A stretch of 39,277 bases of DNA, taken from contig DASCNF010000157.1 of assembly GCA_036011345.1 (NCBI GenBank), positions 1-39,277 on the forward strand, in the 5' to 3' direction. Below are positions 30,912-39,277 of the stretch, piece by piece. Every line of letters starts with the position of its first letter. The stretch's first letter is position 1. Below the pieces are notes generated by a model that saw only the letters and a program-made list of their open reading frames with translations, was not told where the DNA came from and made no database searches. Source of the DNA: Rhodospirillales bacterium (GTDB lineage: Bacteria > Pseudomonadota > Alphaproteobacteria > Rhodospirillales > JASLQF01). The position numbers and the translations under genes were made by a program.

Positions 30912-31188
30912 TTTCCGGCGCCACGAACGCGGCACGCCAGGGGATTCACGCGGCGCGGCAGGGAATTCAAGGGCGCTGGTAGCGGATGATCGAGTGATGA
31001 TTTAGGTTTTTCGTGTTTCGATCTTGAAATTGCACAATAATTGGTGAGAATAACAAGCAATGGGCAGGGCGGGTATATTTGCCGCGCCGGGTGCGAATAG
31101 GGGGCTTAACCCCTTGACAATAACCACCTTTTTATTGGGTGCTCTGGGGGAGCAGGGGCTTCCGTGAGGTCGAAGGAATCGCGGAGAA

Positions 31189-32775
31189 GTGGTGAGCGAA
31201 GGTCATACCGCTCCGGAACACGAGAATGACGCGTCACCCGCTAACGGAAACGGACAGGGGGTGGGGGCGCTTCTGCGCGCCTCACGCTTGCGTCGCGCCG
31301 AGAACGTGGACGACGCGGCGCACATGTTGCGCATCCGCGCCGTTCACCTGAAGGCGATCGAAGAGGGGCGCTTCGCCGATTTGCCGGGTCCCACTTATGC
31401 TCTTGGTTTCGTGTGTGCCTATGCCGATTACCTGGGTCTCGATAGCGCCGAAATGGTGCGCCGCTACAAGCAGGAAATTTCCCAGGTCACCAAGACCTCG
31501 GACCTGGTGTTCCCATCGCCTATACCGGAAGGCGGCGTGCCCGGCGGCGCCATCATGCTGGTCGGCGTGGTCATCGCGTTCGTCGCCTACGGCGCTTGGT
31601 ATGCCGTCACCTTGGACAACCGGATCTTTACTGAGGTGATCTCTCCCCTGCCGGCGCGCTTGGCGGCGCTTTTCTCGGGCGACGATCCGGTAGCCCCGGA
31701 AAAGGCTTCCCTGACGCCACCGAACTCCCTTTCCGCGACCGCCGACGAGACCGCGCATGAGACGCCGGCGGACGCTCTCGCGTCGGCGAGCCAAGAGGGG
31801 GCGCCGCCGCCGTTGGATGCGCCGGCGCCGAATGCCGAGGGGGGCGCGGCCCTACCCGCTCCCGATTCCGGAGAGGCCCGCGAACTCCCCGAGACTGCCG
31901 CCGAGACCGCCGCCGAGACGGTGCCCCCCGCCGAAGCGGCCGGGGAGAGTGCGGACGAAGAGACGCTGGCGGTGCCGCCGGTGTCATCTGTGCCATCTGT
32001 ACCGTCTGTGGCCGACACCGCCGCTGCCATTGCCGTCACCCCACCCGCCGCGGACGCCACCGGCCGAGAAGAGACCACAGCCGGGGAAACGCCTGCCGCC
32101 CCTTCGTCCGGAGAGTCGCCTCGGGCCGCCCAGGTTTTGGAAGATATGCCGCCCGCCGCGCCGGAGACCACTGACGATGGCGACTCCACAACAGCGACGG
32201 CCGAGAACGACGGCGATACGGCTTCGCCGGCAAACGACGCCACCGGCGGGGTCGGCGGCCCGCGACAGGCCGAGACGACGTCCGCCGCGAGCCAGCTTGC
32301 GGATGCTGCGGGCGAGGTCGCGTCGGACGATGCCGGCGCCGCGTCTGGCGGGGATGAAAGCGCCGCCGTGGCGGATGCCGGCGAGCAGAGCGCGGCGCTC
32401 CCGCGAGAGCCAGCCGAAGAACCAGCCGAGGCCCCGGCCGATACCCCTGTCGAAGCGATGCCAAGTGTCGCGCCGCCCGCCCAGTCCACGGCGGGAGCCA
32501 CGTCGCGCATCGTCGTGCGCGCCAAGACCGCCAGCTGGATTCAGGTTCGCGACAGCATCGCCTACCAACTCTTGTTCACCCGGCTGCTCAGGGCCGGAGA
32601 TACTTACAAGGTGCCGGACCGCGCCGGCCTGCAATTGCTGACCGGCAACGCCGGCGCCCTGGAGATACTGGTCGATGGCGAGGCGGTGCCCGCCATCGGC
32701 CCGGTCGGCGCCGTGCGCCGCGGCGTTGCCCTGGATACCGAGCGTCTGCGCGAGGGGACGGCGAGCGACAAATAG
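31189..32775 (+). CDS. rodZ: RodZ-like cytoskeleton/morphogenesis protein (HTH, TM, long acidic linker, DUF4115-like C-terminus)
   Basis: XRE-type [50 protein letters not shown]. One TM segment [23 protein letters not shown]-terminus [16 protein letters not shown]...[33 protein letters not shown]. It sits upstream of ispG-hisS as in E. coli. GTG start is uncertain. Confidence 0.8.
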   Translation: MVSEGHTAPEHENDASPANGNGQGVGALLRASRLRRAENVDDAAHMLRIRAVHLKAIEEGRFADLPGPTYALGFVCAYADYLGLDSAEMVRRYKQEISQVTKTSDLVFPSPIPEGGVPGGAIMLVGVVIAFVAYGAWYAVTLDNRIFTEVISPLPARLAALFSGDDPVAPEKASLTPPNSLSATADETAHETPADALASASQEGAPPPLDAPAPNAEGGAALPAPDSGEARELPETAAETAAETVPPAEAAGESADEETLAVPPVSSVPSVPSVADTAAAIAVTPPAADATGREETTAGETPAAPSSGESPRAAQVLEDMPPAAPETTDDGDSTTATAENDGDTASPANDATGGVGGPRQAETTSAASQLADAAGEVASDDAGAASGGDESAAVADAGEQSAALPREPAEEPAEAPADTPVEAMPSVAPPAQSTAGATSRIVVRAKTASWIQVRDSIAYQLLFTRLLRAGDTYKVPDRAGLQLLTGNAGALEILVDGEAVPAIGPVGAVRRGVALDTERLREGTASDK

Positions 32776-32858
32776 CCGCCTTGGCGCCAAAGGGGCCGCG
32801 GGGATAGGTGATCCACCATTGACCGGCGGTCGGACGATACGGCAAAACGTGCCGAAAA

Positions 32859-32881
32859 GGGGCCGCGCCGGCGCGTGCCCC
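32859..32881 (-). terminator. Terminator-like GC hairpin whose U-tract exists only on the minus strand
   Basis: GGGGCCGCG-CCGG-CGCG(T)GCCCC, preceded on the + strand by AAAA. On the minus strand the stem is therefore followed by TTTTCGGCACGTTTTGCC. Confidence 0.35.
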
Positions 32882-32899
32882 GCAATGAAGGCGACAAAT

Positions 32900-34192
<1,293 letters not shown>

Positions 34193-34207
34193 CTGAGCCG
34201 AAGCCTG

Positions 34208-35458
34208 ATGTCCGCTCTCAAGCCGGTTCGCGGCACGCACGATATCCTGCCCGGGGACATGCACCGGCACCGCCACGTCGAGCAAACCGCCCGCGAGGTG
34301 GCGCGGCGCTACGGCTACGTCGAGGTCTCGACCCCCATCTTCGAGTTCACCGATGTGTTCGCCCGCACCCTCGGCGATACCTCCGACATCGTCACCAAAG
34401 AGATGTATACCTTCGAGGACAAGGGAGGGGACAGTCTGACGCTGCGCCCCGAATACACGGCTGGCATCGCCCGCGCCTTCATCTCCAACGGGCTGACCCA
34501 GGAACTCCCCTTGAAGGTGTTCTGCCGGGGGCCGATGTTCCGCTACGAGCGCCCGCAGAAGGGGCGGCTCAGGCAGTTTCACCAGGTTGACGTGGAGCTT
34601 TTGGGCGTTGCCGAACCCCTGGGCGACGTCGAGGTCATGGCGCTCGGCGCCGATTTTCTGGCGGCGCTCGGCGTTGCCGATAAGGTGACCCTGGAACTCA
34701 ATACCCTCGGCAACGGCGAAAGCCGCGCCGCCTACCGGACCAAGCTGGTGGAATACCTCGAAGGCCACATCGACGGCTTGTCCGAGGAAAGCCGCCTGCG
34801 CCTTCATCGCAATCCTCTGCGCATTCTCGATTCCAAGGACGAAGGAGACCGCGCCATCGTCGCCGGTGCACCGCTCATGTCGGAAAGCCTGAACGCGGCG
34901 TCGCGGGACTATTTCGACGAGCTCGGCGCCGGCCTTGATGCTGCCGGCATTGCCTATCGCACCAATCCGCGCCTAGTGCGCGGGCTCGATTACTATTGCC
35001 ATGCCGCCTTCGAGTTCACCACCGAGGCCCTGGGTGCCCAGGGCACCGTCCTTGCCGGCGGTCGATACGATGGCCTGATCGCCCAGATGGGCGGGCCGCC
35101 GACCCCGGGGACGGGATGGGCGGCCGGCGTCGAGCGGCTCGCCATGCTTATCGAGGAGCCGCTGTCGCCGCCCCGCCCCATCGCCATCGTCCCCATCGGC
35201 GAGGCCATGGGCGAACGGGCCATCGCCGTCTCCCAGCGGCTTCGCGGCGCCGGCTTCGCCGCCGACCTGGGCTACTCGGGGAACGTCGGCAAGCGCTTGA
35301 AGCGAGCCAACAAGATCGGCGCTCGCGCCGCCGTGTTGCTCGGTGGGGACGAGTTGGCGCGCGACGCGGCGACGGTGCGCGACTTGGACACGGGCGAACA
35401 AGTTGAGGTCCCGCTATCGGATCTGGTGGAACACCTCGCCCGCTATCAGAAGCCATGA
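34208..35458 (+). CDS. hisS: Histidine--tRNA ligase
   Basis: KPVRGTHDILPGD...LTLRPEYTAG...FRYERPQKGRLRQFHQ...GGRYDGL are the class II motifs and HisRS signatures. Confidence 0.97.
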   Translation: MSALKPVRGTHDILPGDMHRHRHVEQTAREVARRYGYVEVSTPIFEFTDVFARTLGDTSDIVTKEMYTFEDKGGDSLTLRPEYTAGIARAFISNGLTQELPLKVFCRGPMFRYERPQKGRLRQFHQVDVELLGVAEPLGDVEVMALGADFLAALGVADKVTLELNTLGNGESRAAYRTKLVEYLEGHIDGLSEESRLRLHRNPLRILDSKDEGDRAIVAGAPLMSESLNAASRDYFDELGAGLDAAGIAYRTNPRLVRGLDYYCHAAFEFTTEALGAQGTVLAGGRYDGLIAQMGGPPTPGTGWAAGVERLAMLIEEPLSPPRPIAIVPIGEAMGERAIAVSQRLRGAGFAADLGYSGNVGKRLKRANKIGARAAVLLGGDELARDAATVRDLDTGEQVEVPLSDLVEHLARYQKP

Positions 35459-36789
35459 CGGGAAGGGTGCCTGAGCAAATCCGGCTCGTCGTGGTCGGCG
35501 CCAATCACCGCTCGTCGTCATTGACCCTGCGCGACCATCTGTTCATCGAGGACACGGCGCTGCCGGCCTTTCTCGAACGCTTGCGCGCTTCGGGCGTGGG
35601 GCAGGCTATGGTCCTGTCCACCTGCGACCGCATCGAGGTGCAGGCCATCGCCGACGATGGCGCGGCGGCGGCAGGCCTCATCACCGAGGTCATGGCGGAA
35701 CACGCCGGTCTGGTCGCTGGCAAGCTTGGCGAGCAGCTCTATGTCCTAGCCGGCCAGGAGGCCGTCGAACACGTCTTTCGGGTCACCGCAGCGTTGGATA
35801 GCCTGGTGCCCGGAGAGGCCGAAGTGCTGGGGCAGGTCAAGGCCGGACACAACCTGGCCCGCGACGCCGCCATGAGCGGCAGCGAACTCGAGGCGGTGCT
35901 GCAAGCCGCCTACGGCGCTGCCAAGCGCGTGCGCAGCGAAACCGCCATCGGCCAGCGGCCGGTTTCCATCGCTGCCGCCGCGGTGCAGGTGGCCCGCGAC
36001 CTGCACGGCGATCTCGACCGCGGCACCGGGTTGCTGGTGGGGGCCGGCGAGATGGGCTCCATGGTGGCGCGCAGCTTGTTGTCGGCCGGACTCGGCGCCC
36101 TCACCGCCACCCACCCCACGGAGTCACGGGCCGAGGCCATGGCCCGCGAACTCAACTGCCACGTCGCCCTTTTCGTCGACCTGGAGGCGCGTCTCGCCGA
36201 CTTCGACATCGTCATCGCGGCTCACGGGTCGCGGCGCCGTATGGTGACTGCCGACATGGTTTCAGAGGCGGTGGGGCGGCGCCGGGGGAAACCCATGTTT
36301 TTGATCGACACCGCCGTGCCCGGCGACATCGACGGCGCCGTCGATGGTATCGAGGAAGCGTTCCTCTACGGCCTCGGAGACCTGGAGAGGGTGGCCTTGG
36401 AAGGGCGTGCCACCCGCGAGGCCGAGGCCGTCGAGGCCGGGCGCATCGTCACCGAAGAGAAGGAGCGCTTCCTGCGCGGACGGGCCGAACGCGCCGCCGT
36501 GCCGGCCCTCACTGAGTTGCGCCGGCACTTCGATACGGTGCGCGACGAGGTCTTGACGGAGGCCGGGGGCGACGCCGAAAGGGCGACCAGGTTGCTGGTC
36601 AACCGGCTTCTCCACGATCCCTCCGAGGTGATGCGCGAAATCGCCGCCGACGATGGGTTGCCGTCGCGCCCGGCGCCCGCCCAGGAGGCGGTGGGGAGAG
36701 GAGGATGGACGGCGACCGAGCGCATGCTCAAGCGCCTGTTTCGTCTCGGCGACGGCAAGGGCGATGGCGGCACGGGGAGCGCGGCGTGA
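35455..36789 (+). CDS. hemA: Glutamyl-tRNA reductase (C5 pathway)
   Basis: [16 protein letters not shown]...LSTCDRIEV...[17 protein letters not shown]...LLVGAGEMG. The ATG overlaps the hisS stop (ATGA). Confidence 0.93.
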   Translation: MTGRVPEQIRLVVVGANHRSSSLTLRDHLFIEDTALPAFLERLRASGVGQAMVLSTCDRIEVQAIADDGAAAAGLITEVMAEHAGLVAGKLGEQLYVLAGQEAVEHVFRVTAALDSLVPGEAEVLGQVKAGHNLARDAAMSGSELEAVLQAAYGAAKRVRSETAIGQRPVSIAAAAVQVARDLHGDLDRGTGLLVGAGEMGSMVARSLLSAGLGALTATHPTESRAEAMARELNCHVALFVDLEARLADFDIVIAAHGSRRRMVTADMVSEAVGRRRGKPMFLIDTAVPGDIDGAVDGIEEAFLYGLGDLERVALEGRATREAEAVEAGRIVTEEKERFLRGRAERAAVPALTELRRHFDTVRDEVLTEAGGDAERATRLLVNRLLHDPSEVMREIAADDGLPSRPAPAQEAVGRGGWTATERMLKRLFRLGDGKGDGGTGSAA

Positions 36790-37859
36790 GCCTCGAAGAG
36801 AAACTGGAAGGCATCGTCGCCCGCCATCTGGAACTGGCGGCGGCGCTGGGCCGACCGGAGGCGGCGGGTGGTGAGGATTTTGTCCGCCTTTCCAAAGAAT
36901 ACGCCGACTTGTCACTGGTGGTCGAGGCCATCCAGGCCCTGCGCGGGGCGGTGGCCGAGATCGAGGACCTACGGGGCCTTGCCGACGATCCCGAGGGCGA
37001 GGCGGAGGTGCGCACCCTCGCCGAAGAGGAAATCCGGGGCCTCACGGAGAACATCCCCGGGCTCGAGGAACGCGTTCGGGCGCTTCTCCTGCCCAGGGAC
37101 GAAGCGGACGAAAAGAACGCCATCCTCGAAGTGCGGGCCGGCACCGGTGGCGAGGAGGCAGCCCTGTTCGCGGCCGATCTTTTCCGCATGTATCAGCGCT
37201 TCGCCGAGAGCCACGGCTGGCGCTTCGAGACCATGGGCATCAGCGAGACCGGCATCGGCGGCTACAAGGAGGTGGCGGCTCGCGTCACCGGGCGCGGCGT
37301 CTTCGCCCGCCTCAAGTTCGAGTCCGGGGTGCACCGCGTGCAAAGAGTGCCGGAAACGGAATCGGGGGGGCGCATCCACACCTCGGTCGCCACCGTCGCC
37401 GTGCTGCCCGAGGCCGAAGAGGTCGATGTCATCATCGGCGACAATGACCTGCGCATCGACGTCTACCGCGCCAGCGGCCCCGGCGGCCAGTCTGTTAATA
37501 CCACCGACAGCGCCGTTCGCATCACCCACGTCCCGACCGGTCTCGTGGTGATCCAGCAGGACGAGAAGTCCCAGCACAAGAACAAGGCCAAGGCGATGAC
37601 CATCCTGCGCGCCCGCCTCTACGAGGCCGAGCGCGCACGGCGCGACGCGGAGAGGGCCGAGACGCGGCGCTCGCAGGTGGGCAGCGGCGACCGCTCGCAA
37701 CGCATCCGCACCTACAACTTCCCCCAGGGCCGGGTCACCGATCACCGTATCGGCCTCACCCTGCACAAGCTTGAAAAGACCATGGACGGCGATCTCGATG
37801 AGCTTGTCGACGCCCTCACCACCGAGGACCAGGCGGCGCGTCTGGCGGACACGACATGA
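36786..37859 (+). CDS. prfA: Peptide chain release factor 1
   Basis: Motifs [17 protein letters not shown] (PxT region) and [21 protein letters not shown] (GGQ). The GTG start overlaps the hemA stop (GTGA). The listed ORF 36705.. is an upstream extension. Confidence 0.96.
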   Translation: MSLEEKLEGIVARHLELAAALGRPEAAGGEDFVRLSKEYADLSLVVEAIQALRGAVAEIEDLRGLADDPEGEAEVRTLAEEEIRGLTENIPGLEERVRALLLPRDEADEKNAILEVRAGTGGEEAALFAADLFRMYQRFAESHGWRFETMGISETGIGGYKEVAARVTGRGVFARLKFESGVHRVQRVPETESGGRIHTSVATVAVLPEAEEVDVIIGDNDLRIDVYRASGPGGQSVNTTDSAVRITHVPTGLVVIQQDEKSQHKNKAKAMTILRARLYEAERARRDAERAETRRSQVGSGDRSQRIRTYNFPQGRVTDHRIGLTLHKLEKTMDGDLDELVDALTTEDQAARLADTT

Positions 37860-38731
37860 TCGAGGCGGCTACCGTCGGCGAGGCCCTGGCCGAGGCGCGC
37901 CACCGCCTGGACGGTGCCGGAATCGCCAGCGCCCGCATCGACGCGCGGGTGCTGCTAGCCCACGTGCTGGACGCCGAGCCGGCGAGCGTGCTCGGGCGTG
38001 GCCGCCATCCCCTCCCAGCGGCGGCGCGGCGGAACTTCGCGGGCCTGGTCTCGCGCCGTCTCGGCCGCGAGCCCATTGCCCACATCACGGGCCATCGGGA
38101 ATTCTGGAGCCTTTCCTTCGAGGTCACCGCCGACACCCTCGTGCCGAGGCCCGATTCGGAAACCGTGGTGGAGGCGGCGCTGGCCTGGAGCGCCGGGCAC
38201 GGCGTCCCGGCCAGCGTCCTCGATCTGGGCACCGGTTCGGGCTGTCTCTTGCTGGCGCTGTTGAGCGAGCTTGCCGCCGCCTGCGGCACCGGCATCGACG
38301 TGAGCCCCCCGGCGCTGGCGGTGGCCGGGCGCAATGCGGCACGGCTGGGGCTTGCAGGACGGGCCCGCTTCGTGTGCGACGATTGGGGGGCGTCCTTGGC
38401 TGGTCCCTTCGAGATGATCGTCTCTAACCCGCCCTACATCGCTGCCGCCGACGCTCCTGAGGGTGCCGTGGTGGTGGACCCGGAAGTGGCGGGCTTCGAG
38501 CCCAAGGTGGCCCTCTACGGCGGGGCGGAAGGCTTCGATTGCCACTGCTCCCTGGCTCCCCAGGCGGCGCGGCTTTTGGCGCCGGAAGGCGCGCTCTTCC
38601 TGGAAATTGGTTACGGACAGGCCGCTGAAGTTACCGCCCTCCTTTCGAAAAGTGCCCTGGAAGTCATTGAAATAAAAAAGGATTATTCCGGAATCCCGCG
38701 CTGTGTTGTGGCCCGGCGGCGGGGGCGCTGA
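37856..38731 (+). CDS. prmC: Release-factor glutamine N5-methyltransferase
   Basis: [37 protein letters not shown] and IVSNPPYI (NPPY). The ATG overlaps the prfA stop (ATGA). Confidence 0.93.
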   Translation: MIEAATVGEALAEARHRLDGAGIASARIDARVLLAHVLDAEPASVLGRGRHPLPAAARRNFAGLVSRRLGREPIAHITGHREFWSLSFEVTADTLVPRPDSETVVEAALAWSAGHGVPASVLDLGTGSGCLLLALLSELAAACGTGIDVSPPALAVAGRNAARLGLAGRARFVCDDWGASLAGPFEMIVSNPPYIAAADAPEGAVVVDPEVAGFEPKVALYGGAEGFDCHCSLAPQAARLLAPEGALFLEIGYGQAAEVTALLSKSALEVIEIKKDYSGIPRCVVARRRGR

Positions 38732-38967
38732 TTTGTAGAAAAAAAAGACTTGGAAATCAAACGGTTCGCGATTACGTTTCCTTTGCGGGTGGCCGAAAGG
38801 GCCGAAGATTCCGCCGCGTTTCCGGGCGCCGCTGACACCCCGCTCTCCACACGAAGACGCCGAGACCGTTGCTTTGGTTTTGGCCGTGGGGGCCGCAAGG
38901 GCCGCTCCGTGTCGCGGCGTGTGCGGAACTTGAAAAGCACATTTGGATAAACTCAACGGCAGGTACT

Positions 38968-39277
38968 ATGAAACACGGTTCCCCTTCGAGGAGGCTGCGC
39001 TCACGAGGCAACGGCAGGCGCCATGGCTCCCACAAGAACCAAAGCTTCGAGAGCAACGGACCGGAGGTCAAGGTCCGCGGCACGGCCCAACAGGTGTTGG
39101 AGAAATATCAGGTCCTGGCTCGGGATGCATCCTTGTCGGGCGACCGCATTGCCGCCGAGGGCTACTATCAGTACGCCGAGCATTACTTCCGCCTAGCCAA
39201 TACGGACGCCAACCCCGAGGCCCATCCAGGCGTCAGACAAGGGGCCAAAACGCCCGGCGGCGGGTCGAGCGGCCAGA
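38968..39277 (+). CDS. DUF4167 domain protein, 5' partial (runs off the window end)
   Basis: Not in the ORF track because no stop falls in the window. My own translation is MKHGSPSRRLRSRGNGRRHGSHKNQSFESNGPEVKVRGTAQQVLEKYQVLARDASLSGDRIAAEGYYQYAEHYFRL. This matches the conserved DUF4167 core, which commonly follows prmC in alphaproteobacteria. Confidence 0.75.
   Translation, partial: MKHGSPSRRLRSRGNGRRHGSHKNQSFESNGPEVKVRGTAQQVLEKYQVLARDASLSGDRIAAEGYYQYAEHYFRLANTDANPEAHPGVRQGAKTPGGGSSGQ

Noticed and set aside
31114-31142. A perfect TTGACA hexamer upstream of rodZ could be a complete sigma70 promoter.
   Set aside because: No acceptable -10 hexamer lies at 16-18 nt spacing (GGGTGC at 17 nt, and TATTGG only at 13 nt). 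It is mentioned only as an isolated -35-like element.
38750-38950. 66-aa TTG-initiated ORF in the prmC-DUF4167 spacer.
   Set aside because: It is Arg/Gly-rich with low complexity, has no RBS and no motif. The region is more plausibly an untranslated leader.

Overview
High-GC (by eye high-60s %) chromosomal segment from an alphaproteobacterium. Lineage markers are GcrA, the DUF1476/zeta ATPase inhibitor, DUF1178, DUF4167 and a purC-purS-purQ-purL operon. Most of the window is conserved, intact, tightly packed housekeeping. This includes gcrA, gluQ, rpsD, grxD-bolA, purCSQL, purB, map, sfsA, grxC plus a C-N hydrolase, ubiG, lysC and a long co-directional rodZ-ispG-hisS-hemA-prfA-prmC array. I found no rRNA, tRNA, CRISPR array, transposase or integrase.

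Five things stand out:
1. About seven accessory genes are disrupted by frameshifts, in-frame TAG codons or deletions, while no housekeeping gene is. This looks like real gene decay. It includes a single deletion scar that truncates two convergent genes (a class III cyclase and radC) at the same point.
2. A cytoplasmic homologue of eukaryotic acid ceramidase/NAAA (Cys-nucleophile Ntn hydrolase) is translationally coupled to an EamA/DMT transporter. This is my best candidate for an uncharacterised functional module.
3. A regulator-less accessory cluster encodes an LLM oxidoreductase, SMP-30 lactonase, SDR, RidA, MFS transporter and AstE/AspA-type deacylase. Its LLM gene is compositionally atypical.
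4. A low-GC ORFan islet sits between the zeta-inhibitor gene and purB.
5. Several structured or compositionally odd intergenic elements are present. Examples are an 85-nt repeat-bearing spacer inside the pur operon, an AT-rich islet after purL, and an antisense-oriented terminator-like hairpin in front of ispG.

All family assignments come from reading motifs in the translations, not from database searches. Start codons are often uncertain.
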